From assembly GCA_913057145.1 (NCBI GenBank), contig CAJXNJ010000004.1:4409-68408 (forward strand): a stretch of DNA of 64,000 nt. Reading direction: 5' to 3'. Each line of letters begins with the position of its first letter. The stretch's first letter is position 1. This DNA is from an uncultured Ectothiorhodospiraceae bacterium. GTDB taxonomy: Bacteria > Pseudomonadota > Gammaproteobacteria > Nitrococcales > Nitrococcaceae. Position numbers and translations under genes: made by a program. The notes under the pieces were generated by a model. That model had not been told where the DNA came from, searched no databases, and saw nothing but the letters and a program-made list of their open reading frames with translations. Positions 9,696 through 22,318 of this stretch are shown piece after piece.

Positions 9696-12106
9696 CAATC
9701 GACCTCCGCGGCGGCGAGGCTCGCCGGACCCATCAGCGCACCAAGCGCTTCACTACCGCTAACACCGGCGTCCATCCAGAAACTACCGGCCGGCACCGCG
9801 TCATCAATCGCCACGGGCCGCTTGCGCTGAACGCCGGCCTGGGTGATCTCGACCTGATCACCATCGCTCACACCGAGCTCTCCGGCATCGGATGAGTTCA
9901 GCACAACCACGGCCGGTGCCGCATGTTCGCTCTCCTGCAGCGAGGCGGCATGCCGGCTCAGGGGGTCCACATTGAACATCGCCGGATAGCTGACCCGAAG
10001 CATGCCTTCGATCCTGGCCGGAGCCACAGCCTGCGTGGCAGCAAGGTTTGCCACCGTGGCCTCATGGCTGATGGCCTTGATCTCGTGATGAATTTCATCC
10101 GGGGCGTTGTACTCAAAGCCATCGAGTTCCAGCACATTGGCAAGCACCCGGAGCAGCCGCCAGGCGGGCCTCGCCTCGCCCTGCGGCTGAGCCACCCCGG
10201 CAAAGGTCTGCCAAAGGCCTTCGGCGTTGACGAACGTCCCGGCGGTCTCACCCAGCGCGGCCATTGGTAACAGAATATCGGCCTGTTCGCGCAGCATCGG
10301 GGAATCATGTGTCGCGATCGCGATCACCTGATCGGCCTGCTCGAAAGCCTTGGCCGCGGCGGCACTGTCAAAAAGATCATGCTCAGGCTCGATCCCGAGC
10401 AGCAGATAGCCGCGCCTTGGTTCACTCAGCATCGCTGATGCATCAAGACCGGCGACTTCAGCCCCATCAGCGCATCGGCCCGGCACGGCGCCGGCAAGCC
10501 AACCGCCAGCCGCATTCGAGCCATTGGTCAGTTCACCGCAGGGCAGATCCAGCATGCTGCTGATCACACCGGCCAGATAGCGCAGTTCCGCGCCTGCCGG
10601 ATGTGCATCGGCAAGCCCCCCGAGCAGAATCACACCCTGATCGGCTGCCAGCAGACGCTCGGCAACCGCTTCGGCCTCAGCGGCGGATACCGACTCGGCC
10701 TGCCAGCTGCTGGTATCGGCGGGAAGCGTGACACCCTTGCGGGCAGCCACTGCTTCGGCGATACGGGCCAGTGCCGCCGGCATTGCCGCGGCGTTGACCA
10801 CAAGCTCATCGGAGAGCGGGATATTCCAGTCGAATCCCCGCGGGTTGAGCGCCATCACCTGACCGCCCCGGAATGCTGCCTTTCGCAGACGGTGATTAAT
10901 GAGCGGCTGCTCATGCCGCGGATAGCCACCGATGATCAATGCAGCATCCAGTGATTCCAGGGCGGATACCGCCACAGGAAGACCCGGGAAACCGCTGGCA
11001 TTAACGCCATCGCGGAAATCGCCACGCCGCAGGCGGGTGTCGATATGGTCACTGCCGAGCGCCCGGAGAATACGGGCTGCCAGATACATCTCTTCCAATG
11101 TCGCTGAGGGTGAAATGAGCCCACCGAGCGCGCCCGGTCCGTGCTTCTCAACCGTCTCTTTCAGGGCATTGGCTGCCGCTTCGATGGCGGTCTGCCAATC
11201 GACGCTATGCCATTCGCCGTTCTCGCGGATCTGCGGCGAGAGCAGACGCTCGGCACTGTAGACACCCTCATAGGAAAAGCGATCACGGTCGCTGATCCAG
11301 CATTCATTCACCGCCTCATTGTCGCGCGGGACCACCCGTTTGATGTGGCCACGGACCTGATGCAGATCGATATTCGAGCCAAGGCAGTCATGTGGCGCAA
11401 TGCTCGGATGACTGAGCATCTCCCAGGAACGGGCGCGGAAGCGGTATGGCCGTGAAGTCAGTGCTCCGACCGGGCAGAGGTCGATAATGTTGCCGGAGAG
11501 TTCGGAATGCACACCATTGCCGACCAGGGTACTGATCTCGGTATGCTCACCACGGAACATGGCGCCAAGCTCGGAGGTTCCGGCAATCTCGTCGAGGAAG
11601 CGCACACAGCGCGTGCAGTGGATGCAACGGGTCATTTCCGTGGCAATCAACGGGCCGAGGTTTTCGTCCTTGACCACGCGCTTGCGTTCAACGAACCGGG
11701 AGACACTGCGACCATAGCCCAAAGCAAGGTCCTGCAGCTCACATTCACCGCCCTGGTCGCAGATCGGGCAATCCAGCGGATGGTTGATCAGGAGGAATTC
11801 CATCACCCCGCGTTGCGCCTTCAGCGCCCGCTCTGAGGTGGTCCGCACGACCATGCCGTCCACAACCGTGGTAATACAGGCCGGCAACGGCTTCGGTGCG
11901 GGGCGGCCGCCCATCTCGACATCAACCAGACACATCCGGCAGTTGGCCGGTGCCGAGAGCTTGCTGTGGTAGCAGAAGCGCGGGATATCGATGCCATGTT
12001 CATCGGCTACCGCAATAATCGAGGCACCCTTGGGCGCTTCGATGGACTGACCATCGATCTCGATACTCACCATCTCCGGCGCCTGGGTTTTGACTTCTGC
12101 GCTCAT
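9695..12106 (-). CDS. nuoG: NADH:quinone oxidoreductase subunit G
   Basis: [35 protein letters not shown]; N7 motif absent (APHDCLGSN). Confidence 0.97.
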   Translation of the reverse strand: MSAEVKTQAPEMVSIEIDGQSIEAPKGASIIAVADEHGIDIPRFCYHSKLSAPANCRMCLVDVEMGGRPAPKPLPACITTVVDGMVVRTTSERALKAQRGVMEFLLINHPLDCPICDQGGECELQDLALGYGRSVSRFVERKRVVKDENLGPLIATEMTRCIHCTRCVRFLDEIAGTSELGAMFRGEHTEISTLVGNGVHSELSGNIIDLCPVGALTSRPYRFRARSWEMLSHPSIAPHDCLGSNIDLHQVRGHIKRVVPRDNEAVNECWISDRDRFSYEGVYSAERLLSPQIRENGEWHSVDWQTAIEAAANALKETVEKHGPGALGGLISPSATLEEMYLAARILRALGSDHIDTRLRRGDFRDGVNASGFPGLPVAVSALESLDAALIIGGYPRHEQPLINHRLRKAAFRGGQVMALNPRGFDWNIPLSDELVVNAAAMPAALARIAEAVAARKGVTLPADTSSWQAESVSAAEAEAVAERLLAADQGVILLGGLADAHPAGAELRYLAGVISSMLDLPCGELTNGSNAAGGWLAGAVPGRCADGAEVAGLDASAMLSEPRRGYLLLGIEPEHDLFDSAAAAKAFEQADQVIAIATHDSPMLREQADILLPMAALGETAGTFVNAEGLWQTFAGVAQPQGEARPAWRLLRVLANVLELDGFEYNAPDEIHHEIKAISHEATVANLAATQAVAPARIEGMLRVSYPAMFNVDPLSRHAASLQESEHAAPAVVVLNSSDAGELGVSDGDQVEITQAGVQRKRPVAIDDAVPAGSFWMDAGVSGSEALGALMGPASLAAAEVD

Positions 12107-13380
12107 GCCGCTGCCTCAACAATCGATCGCTTGTGCTCGATGTAGTACTCGAACTCGTGCCGGAAATGACGCAGCATGCCCTGCACGGGCCAGGCCGCGG
12201 CCTCTCCGAATGCACAAATGGTGTGACCGGCAATCTGACCGGCTGCCGATTCCAGCAGCTCGATGTCCTCAGGCCGGCCCTGACCTTCATAGATGCGTTT
12301 GATCACGCGATACATCCAGCCGGTACCTTCACGGCAGGGCGTGCACTGCCCGCAGGACTCGGCGTAGTAAAAGCGGCTGATGCGCAGCAGTGCCTTGACC
12401 ATATCCGTGGCCTCATCCATCACGATCACGCCACCGGAGCCGAGCGCCGATCCCGCTTCGGCAAGCGCATCGTAGTCCATGGTCAGACCGAGCATGGTCT
12501 CCGCCGGAACCACCGGCATCGATGAGCCGCCAGGAATCACGGCTTTGAGCTCACGACCTTTCCAGACCCCACCAGCCATGGCGAGGAGGTCCTTGAACGG
12601 CGTGCCGAGTGAGATCTCGAAATTCCCTGGCTTCTCCACATGACCGGAGACGCAGAAAATCTTCATCCCGCCGTTGTTTGGCTTACCGAGCTCGAGGAAC
12701 CAGTCGGCTCCGTTGCGAATAATCGCCGGGACCGAGGCCAGTGTCTCGGTGTTGTTGATGGTTGTCGGACGGCCATAGATACCCGCCTGGGCCGGGAAGG
12801 GCGGCTTGTTGCGTGGCATGCCCTTCTTGCCCTCGAGCGACTCCATGAGCGCCGATTCTTCACCACAGATATAAGCACCGGCACCGATGTAATTATGCAA
12901 TTCGAAGTTAAAACCGGAACCGAGAATATTCTCGCCGAGATAGCCCGCTTCGCGGGCCTCGACAACCGCCTGCTCCATGCGCGAGAACGGCTCTTTCATG
13001 AACTCACCGCGCAGGTAGTTGTAGCCGACATCAATCCCCATGGCGTAGCCGGCAATGATCATGCCTTCCACAACAGCATGCGGGTTGTAGCGCAGGATAT
13101 CGCGGTCCTTGCAGGTGCCGGGCTCTGATTCATCCGAGTTGCAGAGCAGATATTTTGGCCCCGGCGCCGAGCGTGGCATGAAGCTCCACTTCATCCCGGC
13201 CGGGAAACCGGCACCACCGCGGCCACGGAGGTTGGCGTTTTTCACCACTTCGATGACATCGTCTTCGCTCATGCCCTCACGCAGGACTTTCTCAAGCGCC
13301 TGATAACCACCGGTGGCCCGATAGTTCTCGAGCGTCCAGGGCTCGTCAAACTGCAGCGTTGTGTAGCAGACGTTGGTCAT
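12103..13380 (-). CDS. nuoF: NADH:quinone oxidoreductase subunit F
   Basis: [34 protein letters not shown]; start set at ATG 13380 (MTNVCY). Confidence 0.97.
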   Translation of the reverse strand: MTNVCYTTLQFDEPWTLENYRATGGYQALEKVLREGMSEDDVIEVVKNANLRGRGGAGFPAGMKWSFMPRSAPGPKYLLCNSDESEPGTCKDRDILRYNPHAVVEGMIIAGYAMGIDVGYNYLRGEFMKEPFSRMEQAVVEAREAGYLGENILGSGFNFELHNYIGAGAYICGEESALMESLEGKKGMPRNKPPFPAQAGIYGRPTTINNTETLASVPAIIRNGADWFLELGKPNNGGMKIFCVSGHVEKPGNFEISLGTPFKDLLAMAGGVWKGRELKAVIPGGSSMPVVPAETMLGLTMDYDALAEAGSALGSGGVIVMDEATDMVKALLRISRFYYAESCGQCTPCREGTGWMYRVIKRIYEGQGRPEDIELLESAAGQIAGHTICAFGEAAAWPVQGMLRHFRHEFEYYIEHKRSIVEAAA

Positions 13381-13382
13381 AC

Positions 13383-13895
13383 CTACTCCAGCTCGTCCAG
13401 GATGCGGTCGATCTTCTCCGGGGTCAGATCGGTGTAGTACTCCTCGTCCACCTGCATCATGGGTGCACCCGTACAGGCCGCGAGGCACTCCTCTTCGCGC
13501 TTCAGGGTAATGCGGCCGTCAGCCGTGGTCTCGCCAAGGCTGATGCCCAGTTTTTTCTCGACATGCTCAACAATGTCTTCGGCACCACGCAGCATGCAGG
13601 AGATATTGGTGCAGATATTCACCTTGTGCCGACCCACCGGTTTGACATCAAACATGCCGTAGAAGGTCGCAACCTCGTAGACGCGCGCCGGGGCGAGCTC
13701 AAGATATTCCGCCACGGCATCCATGCACTGCTGCGGCAACCAACCGCCGTGGTGGTGCTGGACAACATGCAGGGCCGGGATAATGGCAGAGCGTCGCCCC
13801 ATGGCGTCATCAGGAAAGCGCTCAAGCCAGCGATCAATCTCTGCTTGCTCGGCCTGTGACAGCCCGTCGTGAACCTGATCCTCGGCGCTACTCAA
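13383..13895 (-). CDS. nuoE: NADH:quinone oxidoreductase subunit E
   Basis: YEVATFY, CTNISC, ECLAAC 2Fe-2S ligands; TTG start overlaps nuoD stop. Confidence 0.96.
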   Translation of the reverse strand: MSSAEDQVHDGLSQAEQAEIDRWLERFPDDAMGRRSAIIPALHVVQHHHGGWLPQQCMDAVAEYLELAPARVYEVATFYGMFDVKPVGRHKVNICTNISCMLRGAEDIVEHVEKKLGISLGETTADGRITLKREEECLAACTGAPMMQVDEEYYTDLTPEKIDRILDELE

Positions 13896-15145
13896 CGGTC
13901 CACCTCCCCAAAGACAATATCCATGGTGCCCATCACCGTGACAACGTCAGCCAGCATATGCCCCTTGACCATTTCATCCATGGCGGCCATATGCGCAAAA
14001 CCCGGCGCCCGGAGCTTGAGCCGATAGGGCTTATTGGCGCCATCGGAGACGATGTACGCACCGAACTCCCCCTTCGGCGCCTCAACCGCGGCATAAACCT
14101 CACCCGCCGGGGTGCAATATCCCTCGGTGAAGAGTTTGAAGTGATGAATCAGGGACTCCATGTCGTCCTTCATCTCTTCGCGCGACGGCGGGACAACTTT
14201 GTGATCCGACAACATGACCGGCCCATCATTGCGCCGCAGCCAATCAATGCACTGGCGGATGATGCGCACCGACTGGCGCAGCTCTTCCATGCGCACGAGA
14301 TAACGGTCATAGCAATCGCCGTTGCTGCCGACCGGCACCTCAAAATCCATGCGATCGTAGACTTCATAGGGCTGCTTGCGGCGCAGATCCCATTCAACAC
14401 CGGAGCCACGCAACATCGGACCGGTGAATCCAAGCTGCAGTGCACGCTCCGGAGAGACAACGGCCACATCCACCAGACGCTGCTTCCAGATGCGGTTGTC
14501 GGTGAGCAGGGTTTCGATTTCATCGATGGTCGAGCCAAAGCCATCACAGAATGCCTCGATGAAATCGAGCATGCTGCCCTCGCGCGCCGCATTCATGCGC
14601 TCGACATCCTTATCCTTGCGATACTCGGAGCTGCGATACTTCGGCATCTGCTTGGGCAGATCCCGATAGACACCACCCGGGCGATAGTAGGTCGCATGCA
14701 TCCGCGCACCGCTGACCGCCTCGTAGCAGTCCATGAGCTCCTCACGCTCCTTGAAGGCATAGAGGAAGACCGTCATCGCACCGACATCAAGCCCGTGCGC
14801 GCCGATCCAGAGGAGATGGTTGAGAATGCGGGTGATCTCGTCAAACATCACCCGGATGTACTGAGCCCGTTCCGGCGGCGTTATGCCGAGCAGCTTCTCA
14901 ATTGCAAGCACATAAGCATGCTCATTGCACATCATCGAGACGTAATCGAGCCGGTCCATATAACCGATGCTCTGATTGTAGGGTTTGGTCTCGGCGAGTT
15001 TCTCGGTCGCTCGATGCAGCAGCCCGATATGCGGATCGGCCCGACGCACCACCTCACCTTCCATCTCCAGGACAAGACGCAGCACGCCATGCGCTGCCGG
15101 GTGCTGCGGGCCGAAGTTAACCGTGTAGCTGTTGATCTCAGGCAT
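13892..15145 (-). CDS. nuoD: NADH:quinone oxidoreductase subunit D
   Basis: [33 protein letters not shown]; not fused to NuoC. Confidence 0.98.
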   Translation of the reverse strand: MPEINSYTVNFGPQHPAAHGVLRLVLEMEGEVVRRADPHIGLLHRATEKLAETKPYNQSIGYMDRLDYVSMMCNEHAYVLAIEKLLGITPPERAQYIRVMFDEITRILNHLLWIGAHGLDVGAMTVFLYAFKEREELMDCYEAVSGARMHATYYRPGGVYRDLPKQMPKYRSSEYRKDKDVERMNAAREGSMLDFIEAFCDGFGSTIDEIETLLTDNRIWKQRLVDVAVVSPERALQLGFTGPMLRGSGVEWDLRRKQPYEVYDRMDFEVPVGSNGDCYDRYLVRMEELRQSVRIIRQCIDWLRRNDGPVMLSDHKVVPPSREEMKDDMESLIHHFKLFTEGYCTPAGEVYAAVEAPKGEFGAYIVSDGANKPYRLKLRAPGFAHMAAMDEMVKGHMLADVVTVMGTMDIVFGEVDR

Positions 15146-15869
15146 CTTTTGCTCCCTCGGCCGCAGGATCGGCATACCGGTTGTCATCGCGGATCACACG
15201 CGGCACCAGAACCCGGGGTTCGATTGAGACCGGCTCATAGACCACCCGGCCCCGACGCTCGTCGTAGCGGACCTCGACGTTGCCGATCAGCGGGAAATCC
15301 TTGCGGAAAGGATGACCAACAAAACCGTAATCCGTGAGGATGCGGCGCAGGTCGGGATGGCCATCAAAAATGATGCCGTAGAGATCAAAGGCCTCTCTTT
15401 CCTGCCAATTGGCCGATGACCAGAGCGGCACGATGGAATCGAGCATCGGCATGTCATCATCGGCTGCATAACAGCGCACCCGCAGGCGGTGATTGCGCTT
15501 GACGGAGAGCAGATGATAGACCGCAGCAAAGCGGCGACCGGTGCTGGATTCAATGGACTGCACGCCATAGATGCCGGTCAGCCCGAGACGCCCGGTGGTA
15601 AAGCCATCAACACCGCGACTGAAACCTGTGTTGCTCGCCTCATCGGTAATCCATTCATCCTGCCCATAAGCCGCGTAATCCACACCGGCGATATCAAGCA
15701 GTTGATCAAAGGCCAGCATTTCGCTGTCGCGCAGGGTTTGCATGGCCGCATAAAGATCATCGGGGGCGACTTCGATCTCCACCTCACCATAGGCGAGTTC
15801 TGCCCGGGCAATCTTCTCGCCCAGCGCGGCCTGCACATGCTCAAGGAGTTGGTTGGCGGAAAAAGGCAT
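15138..15869 (-). CDS. nuoC: NADH:quinone oxidoreductase subunit C
   Basis: [37 protein letters not shown]. Confidence 0.97.
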   Translation of the reverse strand: MPFSANQLLEHVQAALGEKIARAELAYGEVEIEVAPDDLYAAMQTLRDSEMLAFDQLLDIAGVDYAAYGQDEWITDEASNTGFSRGVDGFTTGRLGLTGIYGVQSIESSTGRRFAAVYHLLSVKRNHRLRVRCYAADDDMPMLDSIVPLWSSANWQEREAFDLYGIIFDGHPDLRRILTDYGFVGHPFRKDFPLIGNVEVRYDERRGRVVYEPVSIEPRVLVPRVIRDDNRYADPAAEGAKDA

Positions 15870-15880
15870 GGGCCTCCCCT

Positions 15881-16357
15881 TTAGCGCGCAATCGTGTTGG
15901 TGCGGCGGATCTTGTTCTGCAGCTGAACGATGCCGTAGAGCAGCGCCTCTGCCGTGGGAGGACAGCCCGGGACATAAATATCCACCGGGACAATTCGGTC
16001 ACAGCCGCGGGTGACTGAGTACGAGTAGTGGTAATACCCCCCGCCGTTGGCGCAGGATCCCATGGAAATCACCCATTTCGGGTCGGGCATCTGGTCATAG
16101 ACGCGCCGCAGGGCAGGCGCCATTTTGTTCACCAGCGTACCGGCAACAATCATGACATCGGACTGACGCGGCGAAGGACGGAATATCAGCCCCAACCGGT
16201 CCATGTCATAACGAGCCGCACCGGCATGCATCATCTCGACCGCGCAACAGGCCAGGCCGAATGTCATCGGCCAGAGCGAACCGGTCCGAGCCCAATTGAT
16301 GAGCTTGTCCGCGGAAGTGGTCACGAAACCCTTGTCGAGAACGCCCTCTATTCCCAT
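15881..16357 (-). CDS. nuoB: NADH:quinone oxidoreductase subunit B
   Basis: [27 protein letters not shown]. Confidence 0.98.
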   Translation of the reverse strand: MGIEGVLDKGFVTTSADKLINWARTGSLWPMTFGLACCAVEMMHAGAARYDMDRLGLIFRPSPRQSDVMIVAGTLVNKMAPALRRVYDQMPDPKWVISMGSCANGGGYYHYSYSVTRGCDRIVPVDIYVPGCPPTAEALLYGIVQLQNKIRRTNTIAR

Positions 16358-16704
16358 TCCAGCGCCCCTTTCTTCCATTCATAAAGAAAGCCGATCAACA
16401 GCACACCAATGAAAACGGCCATCGCCCCGAACCCGAACAGGCCAATGTCATCAAGCACGATGGCCCAGGGAAACAGAAAGGCGATTTCCAGATCGAAAAT
16501 GATGAAAAGAATCGCGACCAGGTAGTAGCGCACATCAAACTGCATGCGGGAGTCCTCGAAGGCCTCAAAACCGCATTCATAGGGCGTGAGCTTTTCATGT
16601 TCGGGTCGGTGAGGAGCCAGGAGAAAACCCGCTGCCAGCGGGGCGACACCGATACCCATCGCCAGAACGATGAAGACCAGAATCGGCAGATAGCTCTCAG
16701 TCAT
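16348..16704 (-). CDS. nuoA: NADH:quinone oxidoreductase subunit A
   Basis: [30 protein letters not shown]; alternative ATG at 16716. Confidence 0.97.
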   Translation of the reverse strand: MTESYLPILVFIVLAMGIGVAPLAAGFLLAPHRPEHEKLTPYECGFEAFEDSRMQFDVRYYLVAILFIIFDLEIAFLFPWAIVLDDIGLFGFGAMAVFIGVLLIGFLYEWKKGALEWE

Positions 16705-16751
16705 AGGTAACGGCATCCTGCAGGCGACGAATCAGACTCAGGCTACGATGA

Positions 16752-16836
16752 TGGTGCGGATGGCCGGACTCGAACCGGCACGGCTTGCGCCACTGCCCCC
16801 TCAAGACAGCGTGTCTACCAGTTCCACCACATCCGC
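16752..16836 (-). tRNA. tRNA-Leu (GAG)
   Basis: GCGGATGTGGTGGAACTGGTAGACACGCTGTCTTGAGGGGGCAG...GGTTCGAGTCCGGCCATCCGCACCA; long variable arm; follows secG. Confidence 0.97.
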
Positions 16837-16861
16837 TAACAGGTAGTCCTGACCGCCAAGA

Positions 16862-16890
16862 ATATTAACAGGAGACGGCCGCTGTAACAA
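16862..16890 (-). promoter_or_regulatory. Putative sigma70 promoter for tRNA-Leu/nuo operon
   Basis: TTGTTA (16890-16885), 17 bp, TAATAT (16867-16862) with TGn extension. Confidence 0.6.
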
Positions 16891-16901
16891 CGAAAAAGCG
16901 C

Positions 16902-17264
16902 CTATTCCGGCGCCGGCGCTGGCGCAGGCTCAGCAGCACCGGAGCCCGCTGCGGCATTATCCGGAGCCGGTGCTGTCTGCTGCTCAACCTCCGCTGGCAA
17001 CTCAACCTGGTCCACCACACTGGAGCCACTGGTGAAGGTTCCGGCCATGATGGCCAGCGTCAGGCTGGTGACGAAAAACCCGACCCCGAGAAATCCGGTA
17101 AGCCGCCCGAGAAAGGACGCCGAACCACGCGCACCAAAAACGGTACTGGATGCCCCACTACCAAAAGCCGCCCCGGCGTCGGCGCCCTTGCCGTGCTGCA
17201 TCAGCACCACGCCAATCAGAACAACCGCCAATGCCAGGTGAATAACCAGAACCACTGTGTACAT
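16902..17264 (-). CDS. secG: Preprotein translocase subunit SecG
   Basis: VLMQHGKGADAGAAFGSGASSTVFGARGS. Confidence 0.97.
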   Translation of the reverse strand: MYTVVLVIHLALAVVLIGVVLMQHGKGADAGAAFGSGASSTVFGARGSASFLGRLTGFLGVGFFVTSLTLAIMAGTFTSGSSVVDQVELPAEVEQQTAPAPDNAAAGSGAAEPAPAPAPE

Positions 17265-17293
17265 AGTCAATCCGAATCCATGAGCTGCGGGGT

Positions 17294-18052
17294 TCAGCCC
17301 CGCGCTGCCGCAGCATGTATCGCTGCAAAATCTTCTGCCTTGAGAGAGGCACCACCAATCAGCCCACCATCCACGTCGGGCTGGGCGAGCAGAGCCACCG
17401 CATTATCAGGCTTCATGCTGCCCCCATAGAGGATGCGCGTGCGCTCGGCGAAATCCGCATCATAGGCCGCCAGTCGATTGCGGATGAACGCATGCACGGC
17501 CTGCGCCTGCTCGGTGGTGGCGGTGCGACCGGTACCGATGGCCCAGACTGGCTCGTAAGCAATGACCCCGTCAACGAAACCCTCAGCACCCAGAATACCG
17601 AGAACGCCATCAAGCTGCTCGGCGATCACCGCCTCGGTCTGCCCTGCATCACGCGCCTCGAGCGTCTCGCCAACACAGAGAATCGGCCGCAACCCGGCCG
17701 CCACCGCCTGCTCACAGCGACTGGCAATCAGTCGGTTGTCCTCGGCGTAGAACTCGCGGCGCTCGGAATGCCCCAGGATGACGTACTGAACCTGCAGATC
17801 CGCCAGCATATCAGCCGCGATTTCACCGGTCCGCGCCCCCTGCGGCACATCCGCACAGTTCTGCGCGCCGAGCCGGACACCGGAGTCCTTTAACGCCTCG
17901 CCGACCGGAGCCAGGTGCACAAAGGGCGGGCAGACCAGAACTTCAACAGACGGCTGCGGCTCAATCGCTGAGACAACGGCCCTGGCAAGCGATGTTGCAT
18001 CCGCCTGCAGACCATTCATTTTCCAGTTACCTGCGATAAGCGCCGTGCGCAT
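17294..18052 (-). CDS. tpiA: Triosephosphate isomerase
   Basis: AGNWKMN, GHSERR, AYEPVWAIGTG, YGGS, IGGASL. Confidence 0.98.
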   Translation of the reverse strand: MRTALIAGNWKMNGLQADATSLARAVVSAIEPQPSVEVLVCPPFVHLAPVGEALKDSGVRLGAQNCADVPQGARTGEIAADMLADLQVQYVILGHSERREFYAEDNRLIASRCEQAVAAGLRPILCVGETLEARDAGQTEAVIAEQLDGVLGILGAEGFVDGVIAYEPVWAIGTGRTATTEQAQAVHAFIRNRLAAYDADFAERTRILYGGSMKPDNAVALLAQPDVDGGLIGGASLKAEDFAAIHAAAARG

Positions 18053-18085
18053 GCTGACTCTGTCCTGTTATCCGAGAAGCCGGGG

Positions 18086-18114
18086 AGAGTAACGGCGTCA
18101 GCCCCCGGAATCAA
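18086..18114 (-). promoter_or_regulatory. Putative sigma70 promoter for tpiA
   Basis: TTGATT (overlapping glmM stop), 17 bp, TACTCT. Confidence 0.55.
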
Positions 18115-19481
18115 TCACCGGCAGCCATCCTGGGCGCTGGTTCACCGCAAATCCTTTCAACTGCCTGCGCCAGATCCACCGCCGCTGCATGAACCAGATC
18201 GCCGTCTTCGCCTTCGACCATCACACGAAGCACCGGCTCCGTGCCGGAGGGCCGCAGCAGGACTCTGCCGGTTTTGCCCAGGCGCTGCTCCAGATCGCGG
18301 ACGGCCTGGGTCACACGCTTGTCGGCCATGGGGTTACTGCCCCGATCAATGGGGACGTTGACCATGTGCTGCGGCAGCTTATCCATACCACAGGCAAGCT
18401 CTGCCAGTGACCGTCCTGTCTGTGCCGCGGCTCCGAGCACCTGCAGCGCCGAGACAATGCCATCGCCAGTGGTTGTTCGATCCAGGCAGACGATATGCCC
18501 GGAGGACTCACCACCGAGCTCGCCGCCGTTGGCCTGCAACATCTCAAGGACATAGCGGTCACCGACACGCGCCCGCAGGAAATCCACCCGCAACTCACCG
18601 AGCGCGAGCTCAAGGCCAAGATTACTCATCTGGGTGCCCACCACCGGCCCCTGCAGGCTGCCGGCAAGATGACGCTGCTGAGCGATAATCCAGAGCAACT
18701 GATCACCGTCGAGAATCTCTCCCTGGTGATCGACCATGATGACCCGGTCGCCATCGCCATCCAGTGCAATACCGGCGTCGGCCTGATGCTCGAGGACAGC
18801 CTGCTGCAGGCCCTCAGGATGAGTCGATCCGCAGTCGACATTGATGTTCAGCCCATCCGGCTGATTCCCGCGTCGAATGACCCGCGCACCCAACTCTTCG
18901 AACACCGCCGGCGCCACCTGGTAGCCGGCGCCATTGGCACAGTCGACAACCAGGGTCAGCCCCTGAAGACTCGTCCCGGCGGGCAGCGAATGCTTGCAGA
19001 ATTCAATGTACCGGCCGGGCGCATCAACAAGCCGGGATGCCTTACCCAAAGACGATGAGTCCACCGTCGACAACGGCTTTTCAATATTCGCCTCGATGGC
19101 CAGCTCAGCCTCATCATCAAGCTTGAATCCATCGGCCGAGAAGAACTTGATGCCGTTGTCATGATGACTGTTGTGAGAGGCGCTGATGACGATACCGCCA
19201 TTGGCGCGCAACGTACGGGTGAGATAAGCGATGGCCGGCGTTGGCATCGGCCCGAGCAGGCGGATATCCAATCCCGCAGACGACAGCCCGGCCTCGAGCG
19301 CGGATTCGAACATGTAATTGGAGAGCCGCGTGTCCTTACCGATCAGCACCTGACCGGAACCGCTGCGCCCACCAAGCACCTGCCCGGCGGCCCAGCCCAG
19401 CTTGAGCACAAAATCAGCGGTGATCGGTGGCTCACCGACCCGCCCGCGGATGCCATCGGTGCCAAAATAGCGCTTATCCAT
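18111..19481 (-). CDS. glmM: Phosphoglucosamine mutase
   Basis: [28 protein letters not shown]. Confidence 0.97.
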   Translation of the reverse strand: MDKRYFGTDGIRGRVGEPPITADFVLKLGWAAGQVLGGRSGSGQVLIGKDTRLSNYMFESALEAGLSSAGLDIRLLGPMPTPAIAYLTRTLRANGGIVISASHNSHHDNGIKFFSADGFKLDDEAELAIEANIEKPLSTVDSSSLGKASRLVDAPGRYIEFCKHSLPAGTSLQGLTLVVDCANGAGYQVAPAVFEELGARVIRRGNQPDGLNINVDCGSTHPEGLQQAVLEHQADAGIALDGDGDRVIMVDHQGEILDGDQLLWIIAQQRHLAGSLQGPVVGTQMSNLGLELALGELRVDFLRARVGDRYVLEMLQANGGELGGESSGHIVCLDRTTTGDGIVSALQVLGAAAQTGRSLAELACGMDKLPQHMVNVPIDRGSNPMADKRVTQAVRDLEQRLGKTGRVLLRPSGTEPVLRVMVEGEDGDLVHAAAVDLAQAVERICGEPAPRMAAGD

Positions 19482-19507
19482 CGGTCAAAGGGCCTCCCTG
19501 CACCCCA

Positions 19508-20356
19508 TCAATCAACGCCTGCCGCTGTGGTCATGACGTAATCGCACAAGCGTACCGCGTCGACGGTCTCGGCAACATCATGCGCGCGTATGATTTTAGC
19601 CCCATTCCACACCGCCAACGTAGCAGCGGCGAGACTCCCGGGCAGACGCTGCGACATTTCACGCCCGAGCACCCGACCGACCAGCGATTTTCGAGACAGT
19701 CCAGCGAGCACCGGGGCCCCCAACGCTGCAATTTCACCAAGCCCCCGCAACAGCGCTGCATTGTGCGGATCGGTCTTGCCGAACCCAAACCCCGGATCGA
19801 GGATCAGGCGCTGCCGGGAGATGCCTGCGTTCTCTGCAACCTGTAACCGCTCGGCAAGAAAATCGCGCACCTCGGTGACCACATCCCCATACTGCGGTGC
19901 GTTCTGCATGGTCTTGGGCGAGCCCTGCATATGCATCAGACAGACCGGCAGACCGGTGCTGGCGGCCGCCTCGAGCGCGCCGGGACGACGCAATGCCATG
20001 ACATCATTAATCAGCCCGGCACCGCTATCGGCGGCGGCCTGCATGACTTCCGGCTTGGAGGTGTCGATGGAAAGCGGTACCGAAACCGTCTGGCTGAGGG
20101 CTTCGAGAATCGGCAGGACCCGGCGCAGTTCTTCCTCAACCGTCACACCTTCGGAACCGGGCCGTGTCGATTCACCACCGACATCAATAATCGCCGCCCC
20201 CGCCGCTTCCATGGCAAGCGCATGCTCAATGGCACTGTCGGCCGCAATGAATTCACCCCCGTCCGAGAAGGAATCGGGGGTGACATTGAGAACGCCCATC
20301 ACGCAGGGCCGGGTCAGATCGAGCACATGCCCCGCGCAGTCCAGCTCCCGCCTCAT
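19508..20356 (-). CDS. folP: Dihydropteroate synthase
   Basis: MGVLNVTPDSFSDGG, GGESTRPG, DPGFGFGK, SRKS, RAHDV. Confidence 0.97.
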   Translation of the reverse strand: MRRELDCAGHVLDLTRPCVMGVLNVTPDSFSDGGEFIAADSAIEHALAMEAAGAAIIDVGGESTRPGSEGVTVEEELRRVLPILEALSQTVSVPLSIDTSKPEVMQAAADSGAGLINDVMALRRPGALEAAASTGLPVCLMHMQGSPKTMQNAPQYGDVVTEVRDFLAERLQVAENAGISRQRLILDPGFGFGKTDPHNAALLRGLGEIAALGAPVLAGLSRKSLVGRVLGREMSQRLPGSLAAATLAVWNGAKIIRAHDVAETVDAVRLCDYVMTTAAGVD

Positions 20357-20362
20357 CAAAGG

Positions 20363-22282
20363 CTAGTGCTCGCTGGCCGGCTTGCCGACATCGCCTCCCT
20401 CGGCTTCGGTGTCATCAGATTCCGCACCCGATGAAGCACTGCCCGATGGCCGATTGGTGTCCTTCGGCGGACGCGGATCACGGCCGTTCATGATGTCATC
20501 AATCTGCTCACGATCGATGGTTTCGTACTTCATGAGCGCATCCGACATCTTGTGCAGGATATCGATATTGGACTCAAGGATGGACTTGGCCTCGGCGTAA
20601 TTCTCCTCGACGATGCGCCGGACCTCTTCATCGATCGCATGCGCCGTTTCATCAGAGATGAGCTTGTGCTGCGTCACCTGATGGCCCAGGAACACCTCGC
20701 CCTCATCCTCACCGTAGGCAAGCGGCCCCATCTTGTCCGACAGGCCCCACTTGGTGACCATATTGCGGGCAATCTCGGTAACCCGCTGGATATCCGACTG
20801 AGCACCCGTTGTCACGCGGTCGGCACCGAAAATCATCTCCTCGGCGATCCGGCCGCCGAACAGTCCGCAGATGGAGCTGTTCAGGCGACGCTTGGTGTAG
20901 CTGTAGCGGTCTTCCTCGGGCAGAAACATGGTCACGCCCAGGGCTCTGCCGCGCGGGATGATGGTGACCTTGTGCACCGGATCATGTTCCGGGACCTTCA
21001 GCCCGACGATGGCATGCCCGGCCTCGTGATAGGCGGTGAGGCGCTTTTCATCCTCGGTCATGACCATGGACTTACGCTCGGCACCCATCATGATCTTGTC
21101 TTTCGCGTCCTCGAAATCCTGCTGATCGACGACCCGCTTGTTACGCCGCGCCGCAAACAGCGCCGCTTCATTCACCAGGTTGGCCAGATCAGCCCCCGAG
21201 AACCCGGGGGTACCCCGCGCCAGGACCTTGGCATCAATATCATCCGCCAACGGGGTCTTGTTCATGTGTACGCGCAGAATCTGCTCGCGACCGCGAACAT
21301 CGGGCAGCGGCACCACGACCTGACGGTCGAAGCGCCCCGGGCGCAACAGCGCCGGGTCGAGAACATCCGGGCGGTTGGTGGCCGCGATGACAATAATGCC
21401 TTCGTTGCCCTCAAATCCGTCCATTTCCACAAGCATCTGGTTGAGCGTCTGCTCGCGCTCATCATGTCCGCCACCGAGGCCGGCGCCACGCTGACGACCA
21501 ACAGCATCAAGCTCGTCGATAAAGATGATGCAGGGGGCCTGCTTTTTGGCCTGCGCGAACATATCGCGAACACGCGAAGCGCCGACACCGACGAACATCT
21601 CCACGAAATCCGAGCCCGAGATGCTGAAAAACGGCACGCGCGCCTCACCGGCAATGGCCTTGGCGAGCAGCGTCTTACCCGTTCCGGGCGGACCGACCAT
21701 CAGCACACCGCGCGGAATGCTCCCGCCGAGGCGCTGGAATTTGGAGGGATCGCGCAGGAACTCAACCAGTTCGACCACATCCTGCTTGGCCTCTTCAACG
21801 CCGGCGACGTCCTTGAAGGTCACCTTGACCTGCTCATCCGACATCATCTTCGCGCGGCTCTTGCCAAAGGACATGGCGCCCCGGCCACCGCCGCCACCCT
21901 GCATCTGGCGCATGAAATAGACCCAGACGCCGATGAGCAGAAGGAACGGGAACCAGGAGATGAGGATCTGCAGCAGCATGCTGCGGCCTTCCGGCTCTTC
22001 AGCCCGAATGCTGACGCCATTGTTCATCAGCTGGCCGATCAGGGCGTTGTTGTCGGTCTCGGGGCTATAAGTACTGAAGTGTGAGCCGTCCGAGCGGGTG
22101 CCGCGAATCACCGGCCCCTGCATCGTCACTGAGTCGACGCGGCCACTGTCCACTTCACCGAGGAACTGCGAATACGGGACTTCCTGCGCGGTGGTTCCCT
22201 GCTGCTGAAAGTTGCTGAAAACGGACATCAGCACCACGGCGATGACCACCCAGAGGATCAGGTTCTTGGCCATGTCGTTCAA
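20363..22282 (-). CDS. ftsH: ATP-dependent zinc metalloprotease FtsH
   Basis: Two TM helices, [19 protein letters not shown]; TTG start with GAGGT SD. Confidence 0.98.
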   Translation of the reverse strand: MNDMAKNLILWVVIAVVLMSVFSNFQQQGTTAQEVPYSQFLGEVDSGRVDSVTMQGPVIRGTRSDGSHFSTYSPETDNNALIGQLMNNGVSIRAEEPEGRSMLLQILISWFPFLLLIGVWVYFMRQMQGGGGGRGAMSFGKSRAKMMSDEQVKVTFKDVAGVEEAKQDVVELVEFLRDPSKFQRLGGSIPRGVLMVGPPGTGKTLLAKAIAGEARVPFFSISGSDFVEMFVGVGASRVRDMFAQAKKQAPCIIFIDELDAVGRQRGAGLGGGHDEREQTLNQMLVEMDGFEGNEGIIVIAATNRPDVLDPALLRPGRFDRQVVVPLPDVRGREQILRVHMNKTPLADDIDAKVLARGTPGFSGADLANLVNEAALFAARRNKRVVDQQDFEDAKDKIMMGAERKSMVMTEDEKRLTAYHEAGHAIVGLKVPEHDPVHKVTIIPRGRALGVTMFLPEEDRYSYTKRRLNSSICGLFGGRIAEEMIFGADRVTTGAQSDIQRVTEIARNMVTKWGLSDKMGPLAYGEDEGEVFLGHQVTQHKLISDETAHAIDEEVRRIVEENYAEAKSILESNIDILHKMSDALMKYETIDREQIDDIMNGRDPRPPKDTNRPSGSASSGAESDDTEAEGGDVGKPASEH

Positions 22283-22318
22283 AACGGCTTACCTCAAGTC
22301 GTTGGTTTATTAAGCACC

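Noticed and set aside
15520-15680. Insertion in NuoC (DEW...TGFSRGV...) and missing N7 cluster motif in NuoG
   Set aside because: To my knowledge these are lineage-typical features of this complex I clade, not novelties
20552-22084. 510-aa plus-strand ORF antisense to ftsH (likewise 13856-15337, 26575-27879, 56739-57740, 35983-36879, 269-1204)
   Set aside because: Shadow ORFs of conserved genes, expected from high GC3 codon bias; no recognisable motifs
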